Assembly: GCA_013265495.1 (NCBI GenBank)
Contig: MU058221.1
Span: 3,038,001-3,102,000 of the forward strand
Reading direction: 5' to 3'
Length of the DNA: 64,000 nt
Source of the DNA: Vicugna vicugna
Lineage: Eukaryota
In this document: positions 13,436-26,829 of the stretch, piece by piece
How positions within the stretch are numbered: the first letter of the stretch is position 1
Layout of the letters: each line of letters starts with the position of its first letter
Program-made: the position numbers and the translations under genes
Notes under the pieces: generated by a model
Told to the model about the DNA's origin: nothing
Databases searched by the model: none
What the model saw: only the letters and a program-made list of their open reading frames with translations

Positions 13436-14399
13436 ATAGCTGCGACATTCAAGGCAGAGAGTTTTAACTTGATCAAATTGGTAAGTTTGAAATTTTCCTT
13501 ACTCCTTGCTTACTCTGTGTCGTTTTGATCCAGGTCATGTTATTTTTCACCGCGCTACACACGCCCCAGGAGTGGGCACAAAGGCCGTGGGTTAGCCCTT
13601 CAGGAGCTGTATGCCAGCTCTATCCAGGGTCCGGAGCTTGGATGTCTGGACTTTAAAGGAGCTAAATGAAGGAAGGTGGAGACGGCTCAAGAGGGTTGAA
13701 AAAGTGTCCAGTGCTGCCTAGCCGACTCCACTACCTCTGCTTCGTTACCACCAGAGAAGCCCCGCCACCATCTGGCCCAGATCAGCTCACCCTGCTTCAG
13801 TGCTGTTTGTTTAGTGCATTAAAGGTGTGTTGACGGCGGCGGATAACTCCAGTTGTGATGATCCGCCTCTTCTATGATTAGTCCTTAATTTCCTTAAGTG
13901 CCTATGCACAGCACTCAGCAGCACTCAGGGGGGAAGACTGCAACTTCAAAGGCTTTCAGCAGCCAGGACGGCAGCGTCTTTGGAAGCGGCCAGATGCCAG
14001 AAACAGCGGGAAGTCAGCTGGTCTCCAGAGCTGGTCTCCAGAGCACACACCTCGTGTCAATGCACAGGCCACACCTGGGCTGCAGACAACTCTTCCATTT
14101 GGAAAACGAGAGGTCGGGATTCAGATCTTCAAAATAATCCAGGAATCCTCATTTTTATGGGAGACTCCTTGATTTTCTTAAATATTTGGTCAAATTAAGG
14201 AAAAATGAATGCTCTGGACGTCAGTCAAAACATTATCAAAGGAGTCTGGCTTCTAATTAAAAGTCTGGGGACCTGGTAGAGAGTCTACACATAAAACGTA
14301 ACATCTAAATGACTACGTTTTCTTGCTCCGTTCTGATCGATTCCTTGAAAGAGACAACTCTAACGTGACTGAATAACTGATGACCAAATTGACTTTTTC

Positions 14400-14800
14400 A
14401 ACAGATACATATTAAGTGTCATTCTCTCTCCAACATGTCACTAATACAACAGAGAACGAAACAAAGTCCCTGCTCTCGTGGAGCCCACATTCCACTAGGG
14501 GAAGACAGAGGAACAGGAACAAATAAGTAATGCAATGATTTTTTTTCTTGGAAAAAAATAAAACAGAAAAAGAAGATAGGAAATGCCAGAAATGGCATGG
14601 TTGGGAGCATTCTTATTTTATAGACAGTGGATAAAGAAGCCTCCAGGGGTAACATGAAATTTGAACAGAGAGCAGAAGAAAATAAGGGAGCCATCAATAC
14701 AGCTTCTAGGGGAAGAGAATTCTAAAAACTGAGAGAGAAGTACAAACACAGAGTTTTTATTTAAGGGACAGCAAGACCAGTTGGCTGGGTTCACAGTATC
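14400..14800 (-). mobile_element. L2 LINE relic
   Basis: gaaacaaagtccctgctctcgtggagcccacattccactagggg and similar L2 3' motifs. Confidence 0.55.
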
Positions 14801-16711
14801 CAATAATTCAGCGTATTAGTCATGACCTATCTTTTAATAGTGTTTTGCTTGTCCTTTGACTCATAAAGGAGATTAGGAAAGGTTCTGAATGATTCCTAGA
14901 CACTGACCAAATAGTATCAAAAATTCCACACTGTTACTTTCATCCATCTTTTTACCAAGTTGATGTAAGATTTACATTATTTTTTTTGAAGACAGTGCAT
15001 TACTGGACAGTTCATAGGCCACTTTCCTCCAATGAATATTCCCTGAGTATAAAAAAAAGATGGCATTAAATCAGCAGTAAGTTGCATTTCAATAATACTA
15101 CACGTTCATGCTGCAAACCATTACCATATTCTAAACAATATAATAATGATGATGGTAACTATATTGTCTAGTAAGGAGGACGTGGTTGACATATTTCCTG
15201 TGAGCACGGTCTTCTGCGGTGGCAACGAATGGCTCATCTGTCGTCTCCAAAGCAGTCTTTTCTCCACAGACCTGGCCCCACGACGCCACAGGCAAAGGGC
15301 CAGGCTGAGCAAGCCCGCGCTGTGTCTGGGGATGCTGTTCTCACGTTCATCTCAGCATGGGTCCTGTTGTCCTGAGCATTATTCTCAGTCCAGATGAGCT
15401 AATCTTCCCGCCCCCAAGAAGGGAGCCCCTTTGGCTCTACGTGTTTTTTTACATAATTGAGAAGCACCGGTTGTTCGTGGGTAACCGAGTCTCTGAATTT
15501 TAAGACCCTCAGAGCAGGATCCGATTTTTCAACTTTGAAACGTATGAGAGCTTAAAATGTTACAAAACCATAAGGTCCCAAGGTGGAAAGCCGATTTCAA
15601 GCATGTATAGTTCATGCCTATATTTGATGCTTGTGAAGAATCTATATTTGATGCTTGAGAAGAAAAACTTTACGTGTTAAACTGAGTATTCACTAAAATG
15701 TGTGATGTCTCTCTCTGGCTTAAATGATCTATCAGCTGAAGATACAGCTACATGAAGGCTCAGGGAGTCGTATGGGACAGACAGAAGTGGATGGCTGGAA
15801 ATGATGCTTGCTTCTAAGGCTAAAAAGCCCCGATGGAATCAACTGTTCCTCTGCAAACTCTTCAGAAATAGGGATAGGCAAGAGGAGAAGAATTATGATG
15901 TGCAATGCTGGACAGTGGTGATAATTTGATAAATCAGAGAGAAAAATGGCACTTTTTAAATGATCCTTCCCGTGTTTTCACCAGTAAGATCTTAACAATG
16001 TGATTTTTTTTTTGCTTCTATTATTATTTGATCCAAATTCTTTATTATATACTCAGGCTTCAGTGTCCTGGGGACTCATAGGCCATATGTATCAGTGAGA
16101 TCGAAAGTAAGGTGCCATCTGTCACAGGCAGCAATAAGAGTGCCTTGATATTTGGAGAAAACATTGTAGGAAAAACTGGGATATAAGTTAAAAATCCTTT
16201 CACTCAGTCAATCTCTGGATCTAAGTAACAGTTTGAGAGAAAAAATGTGCTTTTATAGAGTGGACAATACTTTGGTCAAGTGGAGAAAATTCACGCCATT
16301 AAAATTACTGATATATTCTTTCATGAATCCAATCATTTATTCAGCATTTTATAGTTTAACTCATTTATTTATTATCCCAAAACTCAGGGAGCGTCTATGG
16401 CATGCATGTTGCTGAAATTTTGAGAGGAGAAGGCAGAATCACGTTCATGGGAAAGCAAATTCAGCGTCGGCTGGAATGTATGCGAAGTGTGCAGAGTGTA
16501 TACGCTGTGACGGTGTGGCAGAAAACCTGCACTCGGCTGACAGGTAAGTGTAGGTCCCAGGCAAGAGAAAGGGCCTCATGAAGAGGGGTGACGTGTAGAA
16601 AATTCCACAAATATTACAATGTTAAAACTGTTGCTCAGAGAGGTGACGTAACACGGCCACAATCATGCAGCTGGTGACGGCAGAGTTGGAAGACCTGTAT
16701 TTGGGTTTAGG

Positions 16712-16930
16712 TTAGTGATTATCACCTGGGAGAGATTTTTGCCCCCAGGGGAAATTTGGAAACATCTGGAGACATTTCTTGGTTGGTTGTCACAACTTTG
16801 GGATGTGCAGCTAGCGTCTAGTGGACAGAAGGCAGGGATGCTGCTAAACATCTTCTGATAAACAGGATGGTCTCCCACAGTCAAGAGCTGTCTTGTTCTA
16901 ACTATCAAGTTCCAAGGTGGAGAGACGGTG
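16712..16930. mobile_element. MER20-like hAT DNA transposon
   Basis: gatttttgcccccaggggaaatttggaaacatctggagacattt...ggttgtcacaact...agggatgctgctaaacatc matches the recalled MER20 consensus. Confidence 0.75.
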
Positions 16931-18639
16931 TAGAGGAAGGAATATAGAAAAGGAGGATGGAGACAGAATCAGAGCAAGCAGGAAGAGGAGAGAGGATGGG
17001 AAGGAGGTGTGGACCACACCGTGACATTCTGTTCTTCACTCACTTCTGATATAAAAGAGAGCCTCCGGTTATGCACATTTCCTTCTGGGGCGGCCTTTCC
17101 ATGGAAAAGCACCTTGTGAACAGTGTTTTAATTCTGGTTTCCTAGTGCCATATGTGAAACCAAAAGCAAGTTTTTTCTCCTCAAATTGAGTGTGTCCTTC
17201 CATTGAGGACACAGGCTGGCCAGGATTGAATAAAATCATAGTAAAGCGCAGGGTTACCTCCCTTTCTCCTATAGGAACAATGTCTGCCCAGGGGAGATGG
17301 AGGCTAGCAAGCGTCCCACCCCAGGAGGAGTCAGCTGAGGCTGATGACCGAAGACTGGCATGATGAAGAAGGCAGGCATCACTTCAGACACTTGGGTGAA
17401 TCCCAAGAGCACCAGATGCGCCTTGTCCGCACAGAAAGGACACCAGTTGTGCGGGCAGTTTCCCGCATCGGCATGAACTCAGTTTACATCGTTATTAGGT
17501 ACTTCTGGATGAGAAGTCACGGAGCCCATTTTATGAAATAACTGGATACTCTTGTCAAGAATGCCATGCAGGCATCCCTGGGCGTGGCTGCCCACACAGA
17601 AGTAAACTCGTGATCCTTTCAAGTTAAGACTAATAGAAGTCACACACTCTTCCAATCCAAAGACAGAATTTGCAAATAAGATGCGTAATGCCACTCTCTT
17701 ACAGAGTTACACCATCCTGTTTAGGCAAGAAAATCTTCCTACGAGGGGACATTCCTTGGAGAGTTAAGCCTCCATCAGGGAGTCTCGTATCAGGAGTATC
17801 TGTCAATTCAACCGTTTGGTTATTCTTCACATTACAGGTCAAAATACCACCAAACCTGAGGGTGTTTGAAAGTTTGAAAGGCACTTGAAAGTTTCTAAAA
17901 GACAGCAAAGTACCTGTAGTAAATATAACTATTAAAGTTAAAAAAAAAAAAAAAGACTCTAACTTTAGTTTCCGGTAATTAAGCAAAAAAAAAAAGAGAG
18001 AGAGAGAGAAATTAACTCCACATTGGGGCAGGATTTAATTTTTTCTGAAAGTTAAAGAAAGGAGAGTCCGCTTGATCCTGGCTCTCTCCTCTCCCTTCCT
18101 CTTCCCCACTGCCATGTGGCAGCCCTGGATAGGGAGAACTTTTACTGCCGTAAATTGTATTTACTTCTCCGAATTCCTGAGCCTTGATACTAGGTTCTCT
18201 GTGGGAGCTCGATAAATATTCATTGATGGGGATGGTAATGAATACTAGATTTTTTTGGCTCCCTGCTTTCTGACTTTAATCCAGCCATTTCCTTCTCTCT
18301 TCCCTGGGGGGACTGGCAATCTGTTTAAAGCATGTTTGCACTTCGGAATCAGAAGGAGACGCCAGCATAATTATTCGCTCCCAGTGATTCTCAAACTGTC
18401 AGTTAATTCTCAGGTCTTGCCATTTTCTCTGCTCTACACACAGAGCTAAGTTTACATATAAGTGAATTAGGTATCACCTTGAAAGATTTATTTCAGACAC
18501 GAAAAGATGGCTAGAAAAATTCCTTTCTCTCTCAAAATATTGTGCTCCTAAACACACCAGTCTATGGTTGCCTGAAATTTTATTATTATCCACCAATTCT
18601 TTGGAATATAAACTGACCTGCCTTAAAAAAAAAAAAGCT

Positions 18640-18984
18640 AATTACAGAGCAAATTCAAGAAGCCAATCTGAAAAGGCTACACTCTGTATAATTTCAACTA
18701 TATAAACTTCAGGAAAAGGAAAAAAAAAATGGAGCACTAAAAAGATCAGCGACTGCTAGTGGCTGTGTGTGTGCGTGTGTGGCAGGGTGGTTATGGCTAG
18801 GCAGAGCACAGCAGCTATTTGGGGCAGTGAAAATACTCTGTAGGGTACCCTAATGATGGATACCCCTCATTATACATCTGAATAGACCCGCAGAATATAC
18901 AGCACCCAGAGTGAGTCCTAATGCAAACTATGGACTCTGAGTGATTATGTGTCAGTAGAGGCTCACCAGTTGGAACAAAGGTAC
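18640..18984 (+). mobile_element. L1MC-like 3' end, interrupted by an LTR
   Basis: aagccaatctgaaaaggctacactctgtataatttcaacta...agagtgagtcctaatgcaaactatggactctgagtgatt. Confidence 0.7.
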
Positions 18985-19567
18985 TGTTAGCGACAGTGAG
19001 ACCCCTAAATTAGGAGGCCCATCAAAGTGTGGGCTGGTGACTGTGAAAGAATCCACAGCGGATACAGAGGGACAAAGTGAAAAGCCACTTTATTGCTCAG
19101 AAGAGGAAGAGGAAAGAAATGTACTTTATTGCTCGAGCGAGGAAAAGGCACTGGAGGGGGAGCCGTCAGCCAAGAGGGCTGACTGAGACGGCTCTAGCTC
19201 TGGGCCGGGCCAGGTGGACTTCTATGGGAGGCTTCTGCCATCATGATCTCCTTCCCCGTGTGCTGGAGCCAACTGCCTTCCCTCCCATCCTTGCGTGGGC
19301 TTTTCCAGTTGTTGTTATGGCAACTGTGGACTGTCATGGCGCTGGTGGGGGCGTCATTTAGCATGCTGATCTATTACAGTGAGAGTAAAATGAGGCCCAA
19401 GGCCCAATGGAAGTCAGATCCTCCACCATCTTGAGCTTAGTTGGTTCTAACCAGTTCTTGTTTCTTCCCTCTGCGGCTGCTCTTCTCCTGAGACTTAGAG
19501 AAGAGTAATTGGTTTCTATGCAAGGGAGGGGCAGGGTATGATCCTGGGGGCAACAGCCTTGGTGACA
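18985..19567 (-). mobile_element. ERV1-type solo LTR related to family A
   Basis: TG...CA termini on the - strand. 19330-19460 is the reverse complement of the family A core (aactggttagaaccaa...caagatggtggaggatctgacttcca...agcatgctaaatgac). TSD not resolved. Confidence 0.75.
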
Positions 19568-20761
19568 CTCTGCAAGCTAACGGAAGGAGAGGCGAGGGAA
19601 GAAATCCGGTCATCATGTAGCTGCTTTTTCCCTCTGGCGGCTGTTACATCATCTGTAAAACAGTTCAGGAATGTGCAGCAGACAGTGAGTCTGTGACTCT
19701 ATTCTCTTTATCATCAACGGCTTGAGCCTGCTCTTCTGTAACTTAGTTGTCTGTGAACATAAAATAGCTCAAAAAACATAAATTCTTAAGTTAAAAAAAG
19801 AAGAAAGAAAAGAAAAAGCTATTTCATGTAACTTTGAGTGTGGTAGGGAATTAGCATGGGGGAAGGACTTGGTTCCGGTCTTAGCTCTAACCAGCTGTGC
19901 ACCTTCACAGAAGCCATTTAGTCACTTTGGGACTTCATTTACTTACCTAAAGATTGATGGGGCTGGAAAAATGTAAGTCTAAGTTTTCTTTGATCTCATG
20001 CTAAATTTCTGCTCACACACACAAAAAAAAATGGCTCTCACATAGATAAAAGAAAGAATATGTGCTAAAATATTGTTTATTACTTAAATGAGAAAATAGA
20101 TAAGACGTCACAACCCATTTATAGAAGAATTTAAAGAAGAATAGCATTTATAGGTCTAGAAGAGTGAAATAAATATAAAAATGGAGATCAAGTTAGCTTT
20201 TTCCACCTTAAGGAAATTGGTTGAACTGCTGCTACAAAAAATTTACATCTGTGTGCAGAAACTGTGCTTCACTGCTATCAGCTATCTACAACTCAGAGAG
20301 TTGTGAAATAGCTCCCATGGAATCAGAACCTCAAAACTCTAAACAGTGTGTTCTAGAAAACACAGTTTTCCATCAAAACACAAATTTCCCTTTACATTAC
20401 AAAACAAGCACCAAGTACAAGGCACGGCCGGCCAAAGTAGGTGCTCAGGATTTGTGATCTGCCACAATTTCTCCCTGACTGATGACTTCTCTGTGGTCTC
20501 CGCATCCAGGTCTGTTGCCTAACGTTTGGGATACTCAGAAAGCAACTGGCTCTTGTTTCTCTAGCCAGGTATCAACTGGATGATACCGAACAGTTTCCAC
20601 ATGAACTTTCGGTCAGATGGCATTTCTCTGATCCTGGGAGGGAGGGTCTGTTTGTCTTTCCCCACTTCTCCTTCGAGGCAGCGTCAAGCTACTGAAAGAC
20701 AGCAGGGGTACTTTACACCAGAGGGCTTACCTTTATCTGGCATTGGTGATACTTAGAATTT

Positions 20762-20885
20762 GGGCAGGGTGTAGCTCAAGTGGTGGAGCGCATGCTTAGC
20801 ATACACAAGGTTCAATCCCCAGTACCTCCTCTGAAAATAAACAAATAAAGCTAATTACCTCCCCCCACTAAAAAAATAATAAATA
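20762..20885 (+). mobile_element. tRNA-derived camelid SINE (Vic-1-like)
   Basis: A-box tagctcaagtgg, B-box ggttcaatccc, then cctcc...taattacctccccc and an A-rich tail. Confidence 0.85.
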
Positions 20886-22199
20886 GCAGAATAGGGGTCC
20901 ATTCCTACTTATGACTCACTTTTTATGAGGGCTATACCTAAAGATTGCAGGTTAAATTAATACGTCCCTGTCCTTCACTAACCCTTACTTTATATTTGAC
21001 AGCTCACTTGGACCCATGTTTTCCTTCCTATGTTTACCTCTTACTTTAAGAGGCTTCTTTTCTCTTCCTCGCTTCCTTCCCTCCTTCCTGTGTAGGTCCA
21101 CCGACTCCAACAGAAACTTAACACTTGGAACAGATCCAACTCCGCCTCTGAGCTCTTCTTCCCATTACTTGTTAATAAAAATTCTAAAGCAAACAGATAC
21201 GATTTTATGACTAAAATGTTACATGGCTCCGCCAAATTCAGGGGTGCAAGTGCGGGCTCTTGGTGCTGTGCTGGAACACATCTTCGTAACTGGAGGCTGC
21301 CACTGCTTCCAAAGATAATGTTCAAGAAAATCAAGGATAAAATTGATCTTTGGGTTGAAAGTGCTAACATTACATTTTAAACTCAGATGACAGTATTTGC
21401 TTTTCTAGATAAAAGGCCCTTACCAATATTTGTTTTCTAGGCTTCAATTCATTTTTAAGGCCTTATTCTCCTATAGAAGGGAAAGTGAGGATTTTTTTTT
21501 TCTCCTAAGTTCATTTCTAATTTAGTTTCTAGACCAGAGCTGGCTAGGATTCTCATTTTTCATCACAGGAGAGAACATTGGCAAGACAGTTGTGCTTCAA
21601 GCAGAATTTCACTGGACTGGAACCCAAAATCATTTAACTTGAATGGATGACACCTTGGCCAATCCTTATCTCCTGGGTGTGTCTGTGTGTTTGGTCACAA
21701 CGTAACTTCCATAACTGGGGCTCCTTCCTGCAGTGAAGAGTCGACTGAATTTTAGGAGAGTGCCAAGAAGGGCTAATTTAAGTCAATTTGGACTAATGCT
21801 GACTTTGAATTCAGCAGAACCTTGAATAAAAATATTTTAAAAGAAAACCTGTTTTATTTCATTTATATCAGCCATAACTTAGAATTAGGATGGTAATTTA
21901 TTTATTATAATCAATAGACTAAAAAAATGCCAGCATATCAACAAGGTATTTTCAAGGTATCAAGAGTGCTTTAAAGCAGCCACTCCTCATAATAAACTTG
22001 TACTTTTCTGTAAAATGATTTTGATACTAGTAATGGGTTGGAAATATCTGAATTTTCCATATTGCATCAAATATCAGTGTAGGGCTGTACACACTGTGAA
22101 GGTTTAATGATCACAACAACAAAACCCATAATATTGACTAATTATTATCTGTCAAATATCTTATCAAATTTATCAAGTCAATATTTTGTCAAATATAAA

Positions 22200-22410
22200 G
22201 GCTGTAAACGTACACATTGATTTCACTGTCATAATAACTATATGAAGCTGAGGTCTTTGTTACCCCTTTTACAGGTAAGGAAATTAAGGCATGGTGAAGC
22301 TGAGTAATTGGACTAAGGTCTAATGGTAAGCAGGTATTTAAGCCACATTTGAACTCTAGCAGGCTGGCCCTGTACCCACTTCTCTTGACCACTCTGGCAC
22401 TCTGCCTTTG
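22200..22410 (-). mobile_element. MIR SINE relic
   Basis: cccctttttacaggtaaggaaattaaggca...taattggactaaggtc resembles the reverse MIR core. Confidence 0.5.
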
Positions 22411-24479
22411 ACTAAGGGGTGATGTATTTTTGGTTGATATCTTCAAAGGTAAACTTCAAGAGAAGAAGAAAATTTTGATATTCGTGTGACATCCCCTGTG
22501 TCCAAGGCTCCCTGCTGGAAAATCGATGTGACTCATCTTCACTCCATGTATGTGCGAGAGGTATGGTTCTCCTCACTTTTCAGATGAGAAAATGATTCTG
22601 AAAAATCTGAATTAGCAACCCAGGTGGCCAAGCTGGGAAGCTGGGGAGTCGATGCTCCCTTGTGTCTTTGCATTCCAAAGCTCTGATTCTTTCCAGTCCA
22701 TTGCATTGCCTTCTAAACATTCCCTGAAATTTATTTGACCACAGGTCAAAATAGAATAATTAAGCTTTCTTTTACCTGGTACTACAGGTAAAATTAGAGT
22801 ACTTATTAGAAAAAGAAAGCTTTTTTAAACTAATGATCATGGCTGTAAATAGCCTGGTTTTGATAAAGCTGTAGCTAGTAAAGAAAAACAAAACCAAACA
22901 AAAATGGCAAAATAAGTTTGCTGTTACTGAACTAAATATTATTTGGTTAAAAGAATACTGAATGGTGTTTTAAGAAAATTAATGTTAAATCCAAGCTTTA
23001 AAATTTACTCTGTGTTTAAGAAAACTCTTCACTTTTGTGGAACTTGTTTACCCATTAAAGACAGAGTGTGACCTATGGGGAGTTTTCATTGTTCTGTAGA
23101 ATTGTAGAATCTTTCTCCCAACTGTAAATCATCTGCTCAGATTAAAGTTTATGCAGATGACCTACATGTCAACAAAAATGAAAATGTTCTATGAAGTGGA
23201 AGAGGTGAGCCTGACACTTTCCCAGTAGGAATTTAATTTTGCCCATTCTATGGCCGTTAAGTGACTACAACCACACAGTTGAGAAAACAATACAAAATCA
23301 GTCACAAAACTGTGCGAGATCTCTTCCACCCCTGGCGTTCTATAACCAGCGACAGAAAGCCTCAGCATTTGTTTTCTGCGTGACACAAAAGATGACGGTC
23401 ATAGTATGTGCAGTGTGGTCCAATGTATCGAACCGGGTTAGGTCTTTGAATTAACATTATTTTCACACATTTCACCTCAATTCAATCCTGGAATGTAAGA
23501 AGTAGAATTTCCTTTATATGGTAAACTTGAATCCACTTTTTTTTTCAAAATATTATTCCATTCATAAAGTTATGCATTAATAATAAGTAGTAATAGATCG
23601 CTTGAACCATACCTCAAAAAAGGACATACCTCCAGTGCAACACACTTGCATTGAGAGAGCATTGATTCAACAACTGACCTATGCCTTAGATGATATTTTG
23701 GGAGGAGAATCAAGCACATGGAAATGATACTCTCTCCAAACAATAAAATTCTCAAACAAGTTTCACAAATGCGGGGAAGAGTTCCTTAAAGCCTAAGATA
23801 AGTGCATCATGCAGCTACTTTAAGGCGTCTCTAAAAACAACATTCATGCAAGTGCATGCAATGGTGTTAGTCAAGACTCTGTCCTGGTAACAAACAATCT
23901 CGAAGTATTAGTGGCCTCAAACAACAAAGGTAGATTTTTTTTTTGCTTTATAAAGTATGCTAAGGGTTCAGGCGATTTTCCAGATGACCAACTCTCCTTC
24001 ATTCCTTATGAATAGTCACTTCTTGGCTCATGGAAACAGGGAAGGAGAGTGCTTATACCTGAATTTACACATTTCACTTCTTAAATTTTGTTTACCAAAT
24101 TAAGCCATTTAGGTAAGACTGACATCAAGAAGATGGGGCATCGTGATCTCCATTTGTTCCTGTAAGGAAGACAACTGGAAACTTTGGTGACCAGCACTAG
24201 TATCTGCCGGAGCTGGGAGTGAGTGAAAGTTGGAGCGTGTGCAAACGTCCTGCTGCCTTGTTTGCTCAGCAGATTTCTAACTTGACCCACTTAATCCCTA
24301 GATACCTCTTTTCTCACCCTTCATTTGGACTCTAGATATTTTAGGAGACATTTGAATTTGTCACAACTATTAGGGTCCAGCTATTAATGACTTTCCCCAT
24401 TCTTACTGCCCTTAACTGTTGTGAGAAAACCGACATGCAGTGTGATCCTGAGGATGAGTGTCACCTTCTTTGCAGTGGC

Positions 24480-24683
24480 CCCTCCCTCCCTCCCTTCTTC
24501 CTCCCTCCCTTCTTTTCTTTCTTCCTCTTTCTTTCCTTCCTTCCTTTCTTCTTCCTTCCTCCCTAACTTTCTTTCTTTCTTCCTTCCTTTCTTTTTCTTT
24601 CTCTTTTCTTTTCTTTTCTTTCTTCCTTTCTTTTCTCTCTTCTTTCTTTCCTTTCTTTTTCTTTCCTTCCTTCTTTTTTTTTT
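24480..24683. repeat. Compound CT-rich microsatellite (CCTT/CTTT/CTTTT)
   Basis: About 200 bp of almost pure pyrimidine on the + strand. Confidence 0.95.
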
Positions 24684-26566
24684 TGCCTGCCAATGAAGAA
24701 AACCAGAGTCTAAATCAGAACCCCTTATGTCTGCCTGTTTACTTAGTTCCTGTCTCTCACCCTTGTGTCCATTCTTCCATTAATGTAGCCTTTCTTTGCT
24801 TCATCCATCCATCTCTGACATCACATGGCACAGCACATAACATTGTATAGCACAGAATTACTGAAGGTTTAGGAGTAATGGGCATGGGGGAATTGTGTAA
24901 CAGCAGGTGGTAAAGAAAACCCCCAGATTTAACAGTACATCTCCATCCTCACAAATGTTTTTTCTATATTTATTCCCCAGGCACAGTCTCTCATCATATT
25001 ATTAAATCCCCTCCATCCTCTCCCCCTAAGGGTTAGTTAAAGATCTACACGTCCTTGTTAAGCTATTTCATAGAACAGTTTCCTATCTCTAGACAAGGCC
25101 ATTATCTGCATATCTAGAAACTCACTGAAGTGCTTTCCTAAATAAGAAATTTATTTATTTATTTATTGGCTTAGACACAGAAAGAGCCACTCAGCAAAGA
25201 TATGTGAATAAGAGATATATTCTTCTTTCATACATTCTGGACTGCGGATGGAGCAGCCTCCCGGGGACGTGGATGTCAGATGGGGTTCTTCCTGTTACAT
25301 CTGCGAGATGCACTGTATACAATGGACTTCACAAGATCTCACAATTATCCCCGGATCTTTATCTAGTACTGGCCACAACCTTGTTCTTTCCTTACTGGGT
25401 AAATCTCAAAGCCCCCAAAGTTGCATGTGACTCAAGAAAGCTCCACGGAGTTCAGAGAAACTTTGAACTCCAAGTGGCAGGGAACAGACTTGAATATTTC
25501 ACAAAAACACCTGTATTCCCAGGGTCAGCTCGGCAGGGACCCGGCAATACAGAGCAGGTGAGAATGGGAGCTAATCAAGAAAGGAAAGCGCTTCAGACAA
25601 CAACAGCAGGGACAAAAGCCGTGATTCGCCATCAGGGTTGGGTCGGTTCTTTTTTTAACCACAGCATCCCTTTTGGTTTTCCGTGATGCTCACATCCAGT
25701 TCAGAAGAATGCTCCACTACAGGCTTTCTTCTTGTGTCTCATAAATACATCAGCAAGATAAAAATAGCTGCTTCTCTCAAAGTTAAAGCAAAAAGAAAGT
25801 AAAGGCTTCAGCCGTCTTCCTCTTCTCTTCCTTTTCTGTTTTCTCGCGGTAACATCCAGGTAACTCCGAGGGCAAGAACTGTTCAGGCATCAGTGCAGTC
25901 TGACTTTGAAAGAAAACATACATAATGTGGACTATTTTCTTTTTTTAAATCTGGGACTGGCCAGCATTTTGTTGGGAATATAACTCATTTTATCCTCTGA
26001 CAAAATTCACTTGATAATAGAAAATTCTGAGGCTGTAGTTACGATATATCTCTTTTGCTAGACTAGAAACAGTGCTTCTGTTAGAAGAAATCCTAAATCC
26101 ACACAGGGCTATGAAAGTAAACCAAAAATGGTTTTTGTACTTGTGTCTGTGGTTACAATGATCCCCAACGTTTAGGGGAGCATCTTGTAAGGGAGGGTTG
26201 GAAATGAAAGCCCCCACGCGGAGAAGATTCTGGGGAGCAAGCTCTGTCTTTTACCTTTGTGTAAAATTCACACGTATTTCATTTAATTTCAGGAATTCAG
26301 CTAGCAATTAGAGGCAGCTTATTCTTCCAATGTCTGCCAACACCTCCTGGATCACTCTTTCCTTATTCTTCAGAAAGATGCTGGAGAAACTTAGATACTT
26401 TGTTTTGTGTAAGTTTCCTTTTCTGAGATAGTCTTAGAGCTTGGTTATCTGGAGCATTCATTTAATTCACAGGGATTAATGTGGTTACTCTGAAATGATC
26501 TAAAGCATACTATTCCATATTCATTGAACTTCACATAACATTTCAGAAGCTAAGGGCTCAATTATC

Positions 26567-26707
26567 TTTTTTTAATTTTTTTATGAAAGGGAGGTAATTA
26601 GGTATATTTATTTATTTATTTATTTTTAGAGGAGGTACCTGGGATTGAACCCAGGACCTTGTGTGTGCTAAGCATGCACTCTACCACCAGAGCTATACCC
26701 TCCCCCC
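26567..26707 (-). mobile_element. tRNA-derived camelid SINE (Vic-1-like)
   Basis: Reverse copy of the 20762 element (gggattgaacccagg...gagctataccctcccc). TSD agggctcaattatcttt / agggctaaattgtcttt. Confidence 0.9.
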
Positions 26708-26829
26708 ACCCCAGGGCTAAATTGTCTTTATTCTCATACTTCGTTACTTAGTAATTCCAAATTTTGGCTAGAGGATATCTTTATATTTTAGAGCTAGACA
26801 CATCATGGCACACTTTAAAATGCCACCAT

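Noticed and set aside
15618..15665. Two-copy ~24-bp duplication (and a 21-bp one at 46278-46321)
   Set aside because: Ordinary slippage microduplications with no further structure.
20762..20826. tRNA gene (also at about 26640-26700 and 57205-57265)
   Set aside because: The tRNA-like A/B boxes are SINE heads followed by a SINE body, an A-rich tail and TSDs. No complete cloverleaf.
24412..24850. Lys/Glu/Arg-rich and Phe/Ser/Leu-rich ORFs
   Set aside because: These are translations of the CT microsatellite.
25204..25686. 160-aa ORF
   Set aside because: Starts at a non-ATG codon, has no recognisable homology or splice support, and is within the chance length range.
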